Assembly: GCA_965228855.1 (NCBI GenBank)
Contig: CBDDIJ010000003.1
Location: forward strand, 1,184,001 to 1,248,000
Reading direction: 5' to 3'
From: Candidatus Obscuribacterales bacterium
GTDB taxonomy: Bacteria; Cyanobacteriota; Vampirovibrionia; Obscuribacterales; Obscuribacteraceae
Length of the DNA stretch: 64,000 nt
The translations under genes were made by a program, and so were the position numbers. Positions 45,964 through 56,867 of the stretch are shown piece after piece (positions within the stretch are counted from its first letter, which is position 1; each line of letters starts with the position of its first letter). The notes beneath the pieces are model-generated. The model did not search any database. It was not told where the DNA came from and saw nothing but the letters and a program-made list of their open reading frames with translations.

Positions 45964-46974
45964 GTGGCGCTGGTATCCCCGAATTTATTGAACATGCAAC
46001 AGACATTAGAATCCTCAATAGAAACGATTGCTCCGGTTTCTCGCAGAAACAACTTTTACAGAAAAGTCATTTACAGTCAGGGTATTCCGATCAAGTCAGC
46101 GGATGCAGTGGATGACGAGGCTCTACTGGTCGCTTCGACCAAACTTAATCGCATGCTATGCGGAAACATCAGCATAGTCAGCAATCTTAAGGAGCATGGG
46201 GCGGAACTTCACGTGCTTGGACGGAATCAGCGAACGACCGACCTTCCCGCTTACAGTCACTTCAAACGCAAACGTCTGGGACGGTCAAGTCCGCTTGATA
46301 CCAAATATAGAGGCAGTGGTTTGTACGCTACCTGCCCCGAAGAAAATCTTCTTGAGCTCGCAGGAGATCGATACGCCGGCTTCGACCTCTGCTCTCACGA
46401 GTTCGCTCATGTTATTTATACGTTTGGCACCGATGTTGAGTTTCGCGAGCGATTTCGCCAGCACTATCGTGCGACTATCAAGTCAGGCCTGTGGAGCGGC
46501 TGTTATGCCGCGACCTCGGATGAGGAATTTTTTGCAGAGTTATCTACCTGGTATTTTGGTTCACTCGGTGATTGCGGACACTTAGAACCGAAACCTGAGC
46601 GAGGACCGGATTGGCTGGAAAGATATGACCCTGAGTCATTTGATCTGCTTGATGATTTATACACCGGAGAACTGCTTCAAAAGCCAAATCCAGGCGTTTT
46701 GATTCAGCCGCAACTGGCATTGAATGTTCAGGAACTCAAATCAAAAACTTCGTTCACTCCGGTTTCTATGAGGTTCGTGAACACAGGAAGTGTTTTTGTG
46801 AAGGTGTACTGGGTCAATTATCAGGGTAAGCCGACACTGCTTGGGAAACTGGCTCCTGGAGAGATTCTTCCGGTGAATACTTTCAGAAATCACCCCTGGT
46901 TGATCAAAAAGCTCAATGGCGATTTGCTTGGTGTATATCTTCCTGAGCCAGAAATTTCGGTGGCGCGGATTTAA
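45964..46974 (+). CDS. Zincin metallopeptidase (anthrax lethal factor/PPEP-like) fused to a VHL beta-domain
   Basis: HEFAH...YAAT.DEEFFAE...LERYDP; C-terminal MRFVN...VKVYWVNYQG...LAPGE...NTFRNHPWL; start may be ATG 45994. Confidence 0.78.
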   Translation: MALVSPNLLNMQQTLESSIETIAPVSRRNNFYRKVIYSQGIPIKSADAVDDEALLVASTKLNRMLCGNISIVSNLKEHGAELHVLGRNQRTTDLPAYSHFKRKRLGRSSPLDTKYRGSGLYATCPEENLLELAGDRYAGFDLCSHEFAHVIYTFGTDVEFRERFRQHYRATIKSGLWSGCYAATSDEEFFAELSTWYFGSLGDCGHLEPKPERGPDWLERYDPESFDLLDDLYTGELLQKPNPGVLIQPQLALNVQELKSKTSFTPVSMRFVNTGSVFVKVYWVNYQGKPTLLGKLAPGEILPVNTFRNHPWLIKKLNGDLLGVYLPEPEISVARI

Positions 46975-47269
46975 GACCGTTATAACAGCTACTAACATTC
47001 TGACGCAGCGATGCAGTCTAGTCGATGCGTCACTCATCAGAGTGTGAATTCTGGCGATTCATCGCATTCTCGACGCCGGTTATGCGTGTCGAAGCTGCCA
47101 CGTAACAGAAAGATTGTGCTAGTGAATTCGAGAGGCGCTCATTTTTTTCACTCCTGTGAGGGATGACATCTCACAGATCTGAATGTAAGGTGTAAGTGGA
47201 GGCAACGTGCGTTCCAGTCTTGGCGTTCGAATTCGCAAGAGCTCGTCGATACGTTGTTGGCGGTGAATA

Positions 47270-48736
47270 ATGGCTTTGAGTGTGATGCTTGTCGAAGATC
47301 AAGCGCTCATTCGCATGGGAATAGAGCTCGCTATAACTAAGGTCTCGCAATCGGAAATTGTAATCTGTTCAGTCGCCGAAAACGGTGATGACGCCGTTCG
47401 CAAATTCACGCACGCTAAACCGGACGTGATCTTAATGGATATGCACATGCCAGGCATGGACGGTCTCGAAGCCTGCAAACAGATCCGTGTTATTGATAAG
47501 CATGCGAAGATAATTTTCCTGACCAATAATGATGCAGTGGAGGACGTCTTCTCTGCATTTTCTAGTGGTGCGAGCGGCTATTGTCTGAAGGATGTTAAGC
47601 CCGACACCCTGGTGGACTTTATCCGGAAGGCTTATGAGGGTGCAATCTCCGTCGACCCGAGAATCGCTGCGGATATGCTTCGTTTTCTCACCTCACGGGA
47701 GGCGATGCCGGACCTCAAAGCGACAGCGCAGATGAATGGTCCATGCTTGAATGCTCGTGATGCTGAAGTTCTTGGTCAGATGATTAACGGTTCGGCCGGT
47801 GAGATCATGACCGTCAACACAAAGTTAAGCATCATCAACATCTTGAATAAGATCGCTTCGTTGAGTAACACCGGACGGACTAAGGCCTACTCGGAGCTTG
47901 GTGATACGGTCGCTGTCTCTGACAAGTACGAGCTCATCGAACTTCTTGGTCGAGGGGGCATGGGAACCGTTTACAAAGCCATGAACAAGAGTTCAGGCGA
48001 CCTTGTAGCGATCAAAGTTCTCACGCCAGGAAGCGCATCTGCGTGGCAGCGGTTCGTACAAGAAGCTAGCATGCTAACGAAGCTTTCGCATCAATCTGTG
48101 GTCAAGGTTTTCGATTTCCTTGTCGACCATGACGGCACTGCGTACATGATAATGGAACTGGTGGATGGTCCGTCGCTTATGAATGTTGTAGATTGCGGTG
48201 GCGCAATCATCGAAAAGGAAGCAGTCCCAATTTTTCTTCGATGCGCCGAAGCGCTTGAACACTTGCATCGCGCGGGAGTCGTGCATCGCGATCTGAAACC
48301 GAGCAACATAATTCTCTTTTGCGAGGACGAGAAGACAATCATTCCAAAAGTCGTAGATTTTGGAGTGTCGAAATTTAGTAACTTGCTATCGGCGGATCGG
48401 CTCACATTACAAGGAGAAGTTCTAGGAAGTCCGTTGTACATGAGCCCAGAGCAGTGCCGTGGTGATGATGTCACCTTCCATTCCGATATTTATTCTTTTG
48501 GGTGCGTCATGTTCGAAGTCCTCACTGGTTTTCCGCCTTTCGTGGGCGCAAACTATTTTGAAACTATGAACCTACATTCCTGTGCTCCGGTTCCAAATCT
48601 TCGAGAGATAACGAGCGCAAAGCATGCATTAAGCTCTGCAATAATAGAGATTGTGGAAAAGTGTTTGACAAAATCTCCCCACGACAGATACGAAAACGCT
48701 GATCAGCTGGTCCAGGCTCTTACTAGCATCACATAG
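47270..48736 (+). CDS. Receiver domain-Ser/Thr kinase fusion
   Basis: VMLVEDQ, DVILMDMHMPGMDG, GYCLKD; LGRGGMG, HRDLKPSN, VDFG, GSPLYMSPE. Confidence 0.92.
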   Translation: MALSVMLVEDQALIRMGIELAITKVSQSEIVICSVAENGDDAVRKFTHAKPDVILMDMHMPGMDGLEACKQIRVIDKHAKIIFLTNNDAVEDVFSAFSSGASGYCLKDVKPDTLVDFIRKAYEGAISVDPRIAADMLRFLTSREAMPDLKATAQMNGPCLNARDAEVLGQMINGSAGEIMTVNTKLSIINILNKIASLSNTGRTKAYSELGDTVAVSDKYELIELLGRGGMGTVYKAMNKSSGDLVAIKVLTPGSASAWQRFVQEASMLTKLSHQSVVKVFDFLVDHDGTAYMIMELVDGPSLMNVVDCGGAIIEKEAVPIFLRCAEALEHLHRAGVVHRDLKPSNIILFCEDEKTIIPKVVDFGVSKFSNLLSADRLTLQGEVLGSPLYMSPEQCRGDDVTFHSDIYSFGCVMFEVLTGFPPFVGANYFETMNLHSCAPVPNLREITSAKHALSSAIIEIVEKCLTKSPHDRYENADQLVQALTSIT

Positions 48737-48782
48737 ATGAGTTTATTCCTCGGTCAAAAGCAATTTTCAAAACGGTGGCGAA

Positions 48783-51700
48783 ATGTCTCTTCCCGAAATC
48801 CTGATCAATATATTGAACCAAATTCCAGAGGGCATCGCGATTTGTGATAAAAATGGGAGACTATCATTTCTGAACGACACGGGCGCCAACATCCTCGGCG
48901 TCGCCGGCGTCGGAAGTATGGCCGAAGAGTGGACCACAATATTTGGCTTGTATCATGCCGACAAAATTACACCGGTGCCGGTATCAGCTCTTCCGCTTTT
49001 CCGGGCCAGCAAAGGAGAACCTACTTCCGATATCGAATTGTTTGTAAATAACGGTGCAGTATCAGGACGATGGATTACTGTATCTGGTAAACCATTGGTA
49101 GGTCTGGAAAACTTGGAACTTGCGGGGGTGGTCGTATTCAAGGACATAACTGAGCGCAAGACGCAAGAGATTGCCGCGCAGGAGCTAGCAGCAATCGTAG
49201 AGAATTCGAACGATGCGATTGTCGGAAAAACTATCGATGGAATCATTCGGAGCTGGAATAAAGGCGCGCAAATGATTTTTGGCTACGAGCCTGATGAGGT
49301 AATCGGGCGACATGTCTCTCTTTTAATCCCTGCGAATAAGCTCGAGGAAGAGAGCACAATCATTGATTGTGTGAAGGGCGGCGAACGAATTGATCATTTT
49401 GAAACTGTTCGTCTTTCGAAGGATGGCCGCTTGGTCGATGTGTCTCTAACGGTTTCTCCGATTAAGGATGAATCTGGCACAGTAATCGGCGCGTCAAAGA
49501 CAGCTCGCGATATAGGCGAGCGTAAGAAACTCGATGAGGTCCAGAAGGAACGTCTGTACATTACCATGCTAGGTTTGGAAATAAGCACGATCGTTAATGA
49601 GCCTTTGTCGTTGGAACAAATGCTGAACAAGATCGTAGATGCACTGGTAAAACGATTCGATGCTGCATTCGCAAGAATTTGGTTGTTCAACAGGGACGAG
49701 AATGTTCTTGAACTCAAGGCTAGTGCCGGTCTATATACTCATTTGAACGGTAAGCACAGTCGAATCCCTCTTGGGGAATTAAAAGTTGGGGTCATAGCAG
49801 AGGAGCGAAGCGCGCACATTACCAACTCTATTCTCGAGGACCCGCTTATCGCCGACAAAGCTTGGGCTCAACGAGAGGGGCTAGCTTCATTCGTCGGTCA
49901 TCCCCTCGTTGTAGACGGTGAGTTGCTCGGTGTTGTCGCGATGTTCGGCAGAAAGCCTTTTCCTGAATTGACCATGAAGGCGCAAACGTCGGTCGCAAGC
50001 ATCGTTGCACTGGGAATTGCCAGAAAAATTACAGAAGAGGCTCTTAAAGCTTCAAGGAAGAAATTGGAGACCTTGAATCAAGCGCTTTCTCATGCTCGCG
50101 ATCAGGCTCAATCAGCCTCCCAATTTAAATCGGAGTTCGTCGCTAACATGAGTCACGAGATCAGAACTCCTATGAACGCCATTATAGGCATGACAAACTT
50201 TTTGCTGCAAACACCTTTAACAGAGCAACAGTACAGATTTGCCGATAACATCAGCAATGCATCGACCACGCTATTACGTGTCGTGAATGACATTCTCGAT
50301 TTTAGCAAAATTGAGGCCGGAAAGTTTGATCTCGACTGCATTGACTTCGATTTATCTAACCTTGTAGAGGGCGTGTGTGGGCTATTCTCTATCGAGGCGA
50401 ACTCGAAAGGTTTGTCTCTGATGAGTTATATAGATCCAGTTATTCCTCGGACTCTACGCGGCGATCCTGAGAGAATTACTCAGGTCTTGCTCAACCTCGT
50501 TGGCAATGCCATCAAATTCACGGAGTCAGGGCACGTCGTAGTCAGAGTGCTATTGGAATCGATTACCGACGGCTTCGCAACTCTCTGTTTTTCTGTTGAA
50601 GATACTGGAATCGGTTTGTCAGAACATGAGATTGAACGATTGTTTCAGCCGTTTGTTCAGGGTGACGGCTCTATAAGTCGACGATACGGTGGTTCAGGTC
50701 TGGGCTTAAGCATTTCGAACGGACTGGTGAAGCTAATGGGTGACCGAATTCGTGTTGAAAGTCAAAAAGGAGTGGGTTCAAAATTCTCCTTCGCAATCGC
50801 GTTAGAACCGAGAAATTCGAAAAGTGAATCTGAAGTTAAAAAGGCAAGCGTTCTAAACGGGACTAAAGTTCTTGTAGTAGATGATAGCGACCATGCAAGA
50901 GAAATTCTTAATAGCTATCTGCATTCCTGGAAAATGGAAGTTAGCACCACATCTAGTGCAAGCCAAGTCTTGAATCTTCTTCGAGCAGCCAACCAAGAAG
51001 GAAATCCATTCCAGATTGCGATCATTGATATGATGATGCCTGATGTTACAGGACTTGAACTTGGAAGACAAATACTCTCTGACCCCGCTTTAGACCAAAC
51101 AAAGTTGATGCTATTGACTGCGCACGATGTCGCTGGTCTTTCCAAGCAAGCTAATGATGTTGGATTCAGGGCCTTCTTGACCAAGCCGCTTCGTCAATCG
51201 CAACTACTCGAAAGCATCACTCAGGTTCTATCAGGAAAATCTGGTATCAAGGTATCGGCGAGTTACCCAAGAGTGAGGCATAAGGAGCGAGGCGAACGAA
51301 AGGAAGACCAGCAAGACGTGCAACGCCATGAGTTGATACTGATTGTGGAAGACCATCCGATCAACCAGCAAGTAGCCCAAATTTATGCTTCTGAATTGGG
51401 TCTCGAGTTTCACTCAGCGAGCAACGGACATGAAGCGGTTGCCGCCGTGGGACTTCATAACTACTCACTGATCCTTATGGATTGTCAGATGCCCGATATG
51501 GATGGCTTCGCTGCCACGAGCGCAATACGTAACCTGGAGTCTTCACAGGGACACCGGACGCCGATAATCGCAATGACTGCCCACGCTCTGCGAGGAGACC
51601 GTGAGCGTTGCATTGCCGCAGGAATGGACGACTACATCAGTAAACCGATCGACCCCAAAGAGTTTCGCGCCGTAGTGAATAGGTGGCTGGATATTTCTGA

Positions 51701-52079
51701 GCGGACGCTCGTAGAGGCTTGCAAAAATGAACTTGAGCCGACCCTCAAAGAACTTGACACGGAGGCTCTGCTTGAGAAATATGGAGAAGCAAATTCCCAA
51801 AAATTGGTTTCTATGTTCCTGAGAGATATGCCGTCTCAGCTTGAAGAACTCGCAGGAGCCGCCTCCAATCATGACACAGTAAAGGTCAAGGACGTTCTGC
51901 ATCGGATAAAAGGACTAACATCCGCGGTCTGTGCATCCAAAATGTTTGACCTTTGTCGGAACCTGGAGAAGATCGAGTTTACCGGTGACGATGCTGTCGT
52001 TCATACTCACCACATTACGAAGGAATTCGAACAGCTGAGCAATTATTGTCGAACTTCATTTCTTCCGAACGACGAGTGA
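48783..52079 (+). CDS. Hybrid histidine kinase PAS-PAS-GAF-HisKA-HATPase-REC-REC-HPt
   Basis: [18 protein letters not shown] (GAF), [20 protein letters not shown], two REC domains, LHRIKG (HPt). Confidence 0.94.
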   Translation: MSLPEILINILNQIPEGIAICDKNGRLSFLNDTGANILGVAGVGSMAEEWTTIFGLYHADKITPVPVSALPLFRASKGEPTSDIELFVNNGAVSGRWITVSGKPLVGLENLELAGVVVFKDITERKTQEIAAQELAAIVENSNDAIVGKTIDGIIRSWNKGAQMIFGYEPDEVIGRHVSLLIPANKLEEESTIIDCVKGGERIDHFETVRLSKDGRLVDVSLTVSPIKDESGTVIGASKTARDIGERKKLDEVQKERLYITMLGLEISTIVNEPLSLEQMLNKIVDALVKRFDAAFARIWLFNRDENVLELKASAGLYTHLNGKHSRIPLGELKVGVIAEERSAHITNSILEDPLIADKAWAQREGLASFVGHPLVVDGELLGVVAMFGRKPFPELTMKAQTSVASIVALGIARKITEEALKASRKKLETLNQALSHARDQAQSASQFKSEFVANMSHEIRTPMNAIIGMTNFLLQTPLTEQQYRFADNISNASTTLLRVVNDILDFSKIEAGKFDLDCIDFDLSNLVEGVCGLFSIEANSKGLSLMSYIDPVIPRTLRGDPERITQVLLNLVGNAIKFTESGHVVVRVLLESITDGFATLCFSVEDTGIGLSEHEIERLFQPFVQGDGSISRRYGGSGLGLSISNGLVKLMGDRIRVESQKGVGSKFSFAIALEPRNSKSESEVKKASVLNGTKVLVVDDSDHAREILNSYLHSWKMEVSTTSSASQVLNLLRAANQEGNPFQIAIIDMMMPDVTGLELGRQILSDPALDQTKLMLLTAHDVAGLSKQANDVGFRAFLTKPLRQSQLLESITQVLSGKSGIKVSASYPRVRHKERGERKEDQQDVQRHELILIVEDHPINQQVAQIYASELGLEFHSASNGHEAVAAVGLHNYSLILMDCQMPDMDGFAATSAIRNLESSQGHRTPIIAMTAHALRGDRERCIAAGMDDYISKPIDPKEFRAVVNRWLDISERTLVEACKNELEPTLKELDTEALLEKYGEANSQKLVSMFLRDMPSQLEELAGAASNHDTVKVKDVLHRIKGLTSAVCASKMFDLCRNLEKIEFTGDDAVVHTHHITKEFEQLSNYCRTSFLPNDE

Positions 52080-52217
52080 GTCGAACTTCTATTGGAGCGG
52101 ACTTATGAGTTCAGAGAACTCTCGAAATAAGGGATGTCATTGGGGTTTTGAAATTCTATTGAAACCAAAGTGATATAACCTGTCCAATGATGCCACTGCC
52201 CGTGGAGCAAGCCCCGA

Positions 52218-54710
52218 ATGTTTAGTTACTCAAATGGCATGGCGAGTAACGTGTTCACGGTGTGCTTAGCTTTGTTGATGTTGGTTACGTCGATTCCGGC
52301 ATCATGGGCTGCTGAGCCTCCGCCTGCAGTAACTCCTTTGTCTCAACAAGCCGCTGAAATATTAGCGATTAAACCTGAATTAGAAAAGCTCATATATTTA
52401 GAACAGAAGGGTGAAACTTATTCAGAGGAGTCCTTGGCTCTCAGGACTTATATCTACACGCAGATTTTAAAAGGAGTGTTTGATACCAGTGATGGTTGCA
52501 ATACAATCGAACGGGAGCTTGTCTACACTTATGGACTTTTACAGAGACAACAGAAAAAGCAACAGAACGCTGGTGATTTCCTCAACCTTCTGAACTTTGT
52601 GCAATTCGGAACCATTTATACTATCGAGCCAATTGTAAGATTACGTGGACAGTTTGAAGCCTCCGGAATTCTCACTGGAGTAGCTGCGGGTACCGGTATT
52701 GTTCTTCCGACAACAAACATTTTATATGGCAAGCTCTCTAAAACTTCCAATGTTTCGCCACCAAAGGGGTTCCGGCATGTTGTATCCGGCAATCCTGTTA
52801 ACAAATTCAAGTTCCCGAAATCGGTTGAGCTATTCATGGAGATGAAACCGCCTGGAGCTGCCGTCTCTCGCCGTGCGATGCTCCGTGAAGTCTGGCGAAA
52901 ACGTTTCGGCACAAACGAGATGACGTCAGAGGCTCTCCACAGTCTCCTCGACGGGAAGAGTAAAAACGCGAAAGATCTCAACGATCGAATTGTGCATCTT
53001 TGGGCACTGCATACGGTGGTACAAGATTTGGATTCCGCCTTGCTCCAGCTGATGAGATTTGTAGTTCCGCTCAAGTCACCACTTGACGGTGCTGTTCAGA
53101 ATGACCCACCGCTTCAGCTGGATAAGGGTGCCACGGAAGCGCTCAATCTATTAGGTATAAGGAGGGAAGCGGCTGCTCTGGCAGACCTGAACAAATCCGG
53201 GGAGAACGGAAAACTGAGACGAGAGCTCGAGGCATACGTTCTCGGCAAAATTATGTTAGGTAGTTTGGAGATGAGGTGCGCTGTTGATCGAATTTATGAG
53301 GAACTCAACTATGCCTATGATGTCGCTCTCGCTGAGTTGGAAAGTAAGCGTGCACGCGGACTTCAGCGCAATTACGAGGCCAACTTCATTCAGATAAACA
53401 CATTCGGCGCAATCGCAAGCCTCCTCTATCTCAAAGGTTATTCTAAGCCTGGAGACGAGATGTTCGTAATCGGCGATTCAATGAGCATGGCGCTTTCGAC
53501 TCTCGCCTTGCTACAACTGCGTGGTGGCAAGCGAGCTATCGACACCCCGCCCAATTCGCTTGCGGATTTCCTAGATTTGAACCCACCGAATCAGTATTGC
53601 TTTAGTCCTTTTGTCTCCTCTTTTCTCGCTTCCAAGGACCCATATTCTAAAGAAGGACTGACTCACAAGGGAGAACTTTTGGCGATATGGAAGAGAGACA
53701 AGGTGGCGACAATCAACTATGATGACCCCGAAAATCAGATGCGGCTTTCTGCCATGCCTGGTGCCAAGAAAGATACCATCAAAATTCTCAGAAACCGTGC
53801 AAATTTGCTCGCTTCACTTCGGGTTAGATTTCAGTTTCTAGATCAAGAGCTGCTTGATGCTTTAGAGGCTACTGAACCAGGCGCGAGAATAAGTACTTCG
53901 ACAGTCGGTTCTGATGATTCTTTGAGAGTTAACAACGAGCCTACTTGGAGAACTGCACAGCTAATCGGAGCTATTAACGAAGCTAATCGAATCAATGAAC
54001 TTCGACGAAAGGGTGCTTCCGCTGCAGATTTGTTTGAGCCGCGACTTTCATTTACCAGGCAGCTTCTGAAAGCAAAACTTGAAGTTCGAAAGACCTCAGC
54101 GAACATTGAACAGGAAATCGCTGCTGAGCAAACCGAGGTTGACAATCTAAAACGATATCGTGACATGAGTGTTCAGCTCACGAACATCGGCAACTTCTAT
54201 CAGATAGGTGTACTCGGCGTTATATCAGATGGTCTTCTGGGGCTGTCAGGAAAGGCGAATAGCGAGTACCGAGCGAACGTCGTAAATATTGTTTCTGGGT
54301 CGATGGTGACTGGTTTAGGAACTTTCGCGTATCTGCTCAGATCTGGCGGAGTGAGGCTTAAGTCACCACCTCCAAATATGCTTGGTCCATGCCTATCTGT
54401 AGAGTCCCCTGCAAAGAAATTGTACGCTCCCCTACTCATTCGCTACCTCAATGACGAAGACCCGTTATCGTCACCCCGGCAGACTCGTGCTGCCGAACTA
54501 CTTGAGTTTTGGAAAAACTCACGGATACTATCAATCGATATCGGAAAAGCCGAGGTTCAGGAAAAGGTTTCGGCTTCAGGCAAGCACCACCGGTGGTGGA
54601 ACGAGCGGATTAAACTGATTGAAAATCGAATCAACATGCTCTTCGACCTGAGATCGGTGATTAACATGCTCGAAGGGGATCTGTCGAAACTCATGGAAAC
54701 AGTGAGCTGA
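52218..54710 (+). CDS. Exported/membrane protein made of three tandem homologous ~270-aa domains
   Basis: Signal peptide; thrice-repeated NF[V/I/Y]Q hydrophobic hairpin, PP[K/N] motif, E[L/V]..W[R/K], [D/N]R..[H/L/M]L..L. Confidence 0.78.
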   Translation: MFSYSNGMASNVFTVCLALLMLVTSIPASWAAEPPPAVTPLSQQAAEILAIKPELEKLIYLEQKGETYSEESLALRTYIYTQILKGVFDTSDGCNTIERELVYTYGLLQRQQKKQQNAGDFLNLLNFVQFGTIYTIEPIVRLRGQFEASGILTGVAAGTGIVLPTTNILYGKLSKTSNVSPPKGFRHVVSGNPVNKFKFPKSVELFMEMKPPGAAVSRRAMLREVWRKRFGTNEMTSEALHSLLDGKSKNAKDLNDRIVHLWALHTVVQDLDSALLQLMRFVVPLKSPLDGAVQNDPPLQLDKGATEALNLLGIRREAAALADLNKSGENGKLRRELEAYVLGKIMLGSLEMRCAVDRIYEELNYAYDVALAELESKRARGLQRNYEANFIQINTFGAIASLLYLKGYSKPGDEMFVIGDSMSMALSTLALLQLRGGKRAIDTPPNSLADFLDLNPPNQYCFSPFVSSFLASKDPYSKEGLTHKGELLAIWKRDKVATINYDDPENQMRLSAMPGAKKDTIKILRNRANLLASLRVRFQFLDQELLDALEATEPGARISTSTVGSDDSLRVNNEPTWRTAQLIGAINEANRINELRRKGASAADLFEPRLSFTRQLLKAKLEVRKTSANIEQEIAAEQTEVDNLKRYRDMSVQLTNIGNFYQIGVLGVISDGLLGLSGKANSEYRANVVNIVSGSMVTGLGTFAYLLRSGGVRLKSPPPNMLGPCLSVESPAKKLYAPLLIRYLNDEDPLSSPRQTRAAELLEFWKNSRILSIDIGKAEVQEKVSASGKHHRWWNERIKLIENRINMLFDLRSVINMLEGDLSKLMETVS

Positions 54711-54738
54711 GAATTAGCCTAGCTGAGGTTGGAATGTT

Positions 54739-56370
54739 TCAAGCAGGGACTGGAACGGCTGCATCCCATGCTCTTTTGGTAAGTGCCGAAAACGCGTCAT
54801 CGACTGTGGCGAAGTTGTTCTGCTCGTCGATGACGATTCCGACTCCTTCGAGTATTGTGCGATTACCTTCGTTTAGTCCTACAAATACCACACCCCCGGG
54901 CATGCCTTGCCAGTCTTCGAGTGCCTCGTCGAGAGCGTAGGCGCCTGACTGGTCAATGAACGGGACATTATTGAAGCGAAGCAAAACTACTTTTGAATTT
55001 TTCAAATCTGACCATACTTCTATAAAGTTTGAAACTTCTCCGAAGAAAATTGGCCCCATAAAATCATAGACGTAGACTTCGTTTCTCACGATCTCCGGCA
55101 GACCGTCCGTGAGTTCTCTCCAGTGCTGGACCGCTTCTACCGGTCTGACTCTGGAGCGCTTCTCGTCCGCCATTCGCTTCGCAAAGATTGTGCTGGCAAG
55201 CGCAACTCCGATAGCAACCGCCATGATCAAGTCTACAAATACCGTCAAGACCAGCACAATAAGCATAACGGCGGTATCGGTTTTCGGAGCCGTTTTTACG
55301 CTTGACAGTGTTTTAGTGTCTATAATACCGATTCCGACTGTAATGAGAATTCCGGCCAGAACTGACATGGGAATTTGAGCGGCCGTCGATCCCAGTCCCA
55401 GTAAAACGGCCAGGAGTAGGCAGCCGGCAAAAATGCCGGAGATGCGGCTGCGACCGCCAGACGTCACGTTGACGATACTAGGCATCGTCGTTCCCGAGCA
55501 AGGAATTCCGCCAAATAATCCTGCAGCGATGTTTCCAAAACCTTGAGCGACCAATTCTTTATCGCTTTTGTGTCTCTGTTTCGTCGTCTTGTCCACCAGC
55601 ACTGATGTGAGCAACGAATCGATACTTCCAACGACGGCGAACGACAAACCGCTAGCTAGAACTACGTGTATAAGTTCAAAATTAAAAACGGGTATTTGGA
55701 GACGCGGGAGTCCTCCGGGAATTTCGCCTATTGTCGGAACGTTAAGGTTGAGAAGAAGAGAAGCCGAGGTCCCCCCTACGAGTGCCACCAATAGCGGTGG
55801 AATTTTCCAGGGCAGTTTCTGGACGGCGTAGATCGTCGCTATGGTGGCTAACCCGAGCAGAAGCGCTCCTATGTTTGCCTGACTGCCCTTAAGCCAGAGC
55901 ATCTCGAAAGCGGTAAATATGTCTCCTTCTGTGCGGAGACCAATTAGCGGAAGAAGTTGGATGGATATTATTATGACGCCAATCCCGGTCATGAATCCAG
56001 AGACGACAGGATGAGGAATATACTGAATCAACTGACCAATTTCCAGTTTGCCAAGAATTATCTGGAATATACCGGCCGCGATTCCACTGGCAAAAACGAG
56101 TTCTGGCTTGTCTGGATGTTGAAGCGCAAGCGCGGCTATCATGACTGTCACGGGTCCTGTTGGACCTGAGACCATGCCCGGTGTGCCACCGAAGATGGCA
56201 GCGATAATTCCGCAAGCGATCGCGCCGTACAGCCCTGCGATCGCCCCCAGACCTGATGCTACGCCGAACGCCAGCGCCAAGGGGAGTGCAATTATTGCCG
56301 CCAGCAAACCACCGATTAAATCACCGGCGATCTGCTGACCGAAATTGTTTTTCTGTGATGAAGCTGTCAT
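54739..56370 (-). CDS. SulP-family anion transporter (BicA-like) with STAS domain
   Basis: ALPLALAFGVASG, GLYGAI, SGPTGP, ELVAQGFGN, GPIFFG, FIDQSG. Confidence 0.93.
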   Translation of the reverse strand: MTASSQKNNFGQQIAGDLIGGLLAAIIALPLALAFGVASGLGAIAGLYGAIACGIIAAIFGGTPGMVSGPTGPVTVMIAALALQHPDKPELVFASGIAAGIFQIILGKLEIGQLIQYIPHPVVSGFMTGIGVIIISIQLLPLIGLRTEGDIFTAFEMLWLKGSQANIGALLLGLATIATIYAVQKLPWKIPPLLVALVGGTSASLLLNLNVPTIGEIPGGLPRLQIPVFNFELIHVVLASGLSFAVVGSIDSLLTSVLVDKTTKQRHKSDKELVAQGFGNIAAGLFGGIPCSGTTMPSIVNVTSGGRSRISGIFAGCLLLAVLLGLGSTAAQIPMSVLAGILITVGIGIIDTKTLSSVKTAPKTDTAVMLIVLVLTVFVDLIMAVAIGVALASTIFAKRMADEKRSRVRPVEAVQHWRELTDGLPEIVRNEVYVYDFMGPIFFGEVSNFIEVWSDLKNSKVVLLRFNNVPFIDQSGAYALDEALEDWQGMPGGVVFVGLNEGNRTILEGVGIVIDEQNNFATVDDAFSALTKRAWDAAVPVPA

Positions 56371-56373
56371 GTT

Positions 56374-56601
56374 CTAGCCGGGAACGTTTCTAGGATCGTT
56401 GCCATAGCTGTTTCTTCTTGAAATGCGGCCATTCATGTTGTGAATTATCAATTCCACTTTATTTTTTCTGGCTATGTCGCGCGCTGTATTCACAGCTTCC
56501 TCTTTAGTCTCGTGGGTGCTCATTACTGTGTCCTTGCCTTCTTCTTCAATAGCCCACGAGTCATTTTTGTGTACGACATGAATAAATGGATTCTTTTGCA
56601 T
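56374..56601 (-). CDS. DUF2188-family small protein
   Basis: IHVV...W...THETKEEAVNTARDIA...ELIIHNMNGRI...SYGNDP; AAGGAG RBS before ATG 56601. Confidence 0.85.
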   Translation of the reverse strand: MQKNPFIHVVHKNDSWAIEEEGKDTVMSTHETKEEAVNTARDIARKNKVELIIHNMNGRISRRNSYGNDPRNVPG

Positions 56602-56867
56602 TTTGAACTCCTTCTGCGATGGCCTTTCAAAAAGAAGGCTCGGGAAATTGTCAGGCACCACCCGCAGTGGCTGTTTTGATGCGACCGTAATCCAAACTTT
56701 AATTTCTTGAAACCGTTGGAACTTTCGCGTAAGGAAAAGCATCAGCCGCCTGAGCTTTATGCGATTTTCATAGCACAAAAAGTTGTTGCCGATAGGTGAA
56801 TTGCCTGTTGTGCTATTCTGATGTGATATCTGTATAGGTTTAACCTCAAAAAGTGAGCGAGTAGAGC

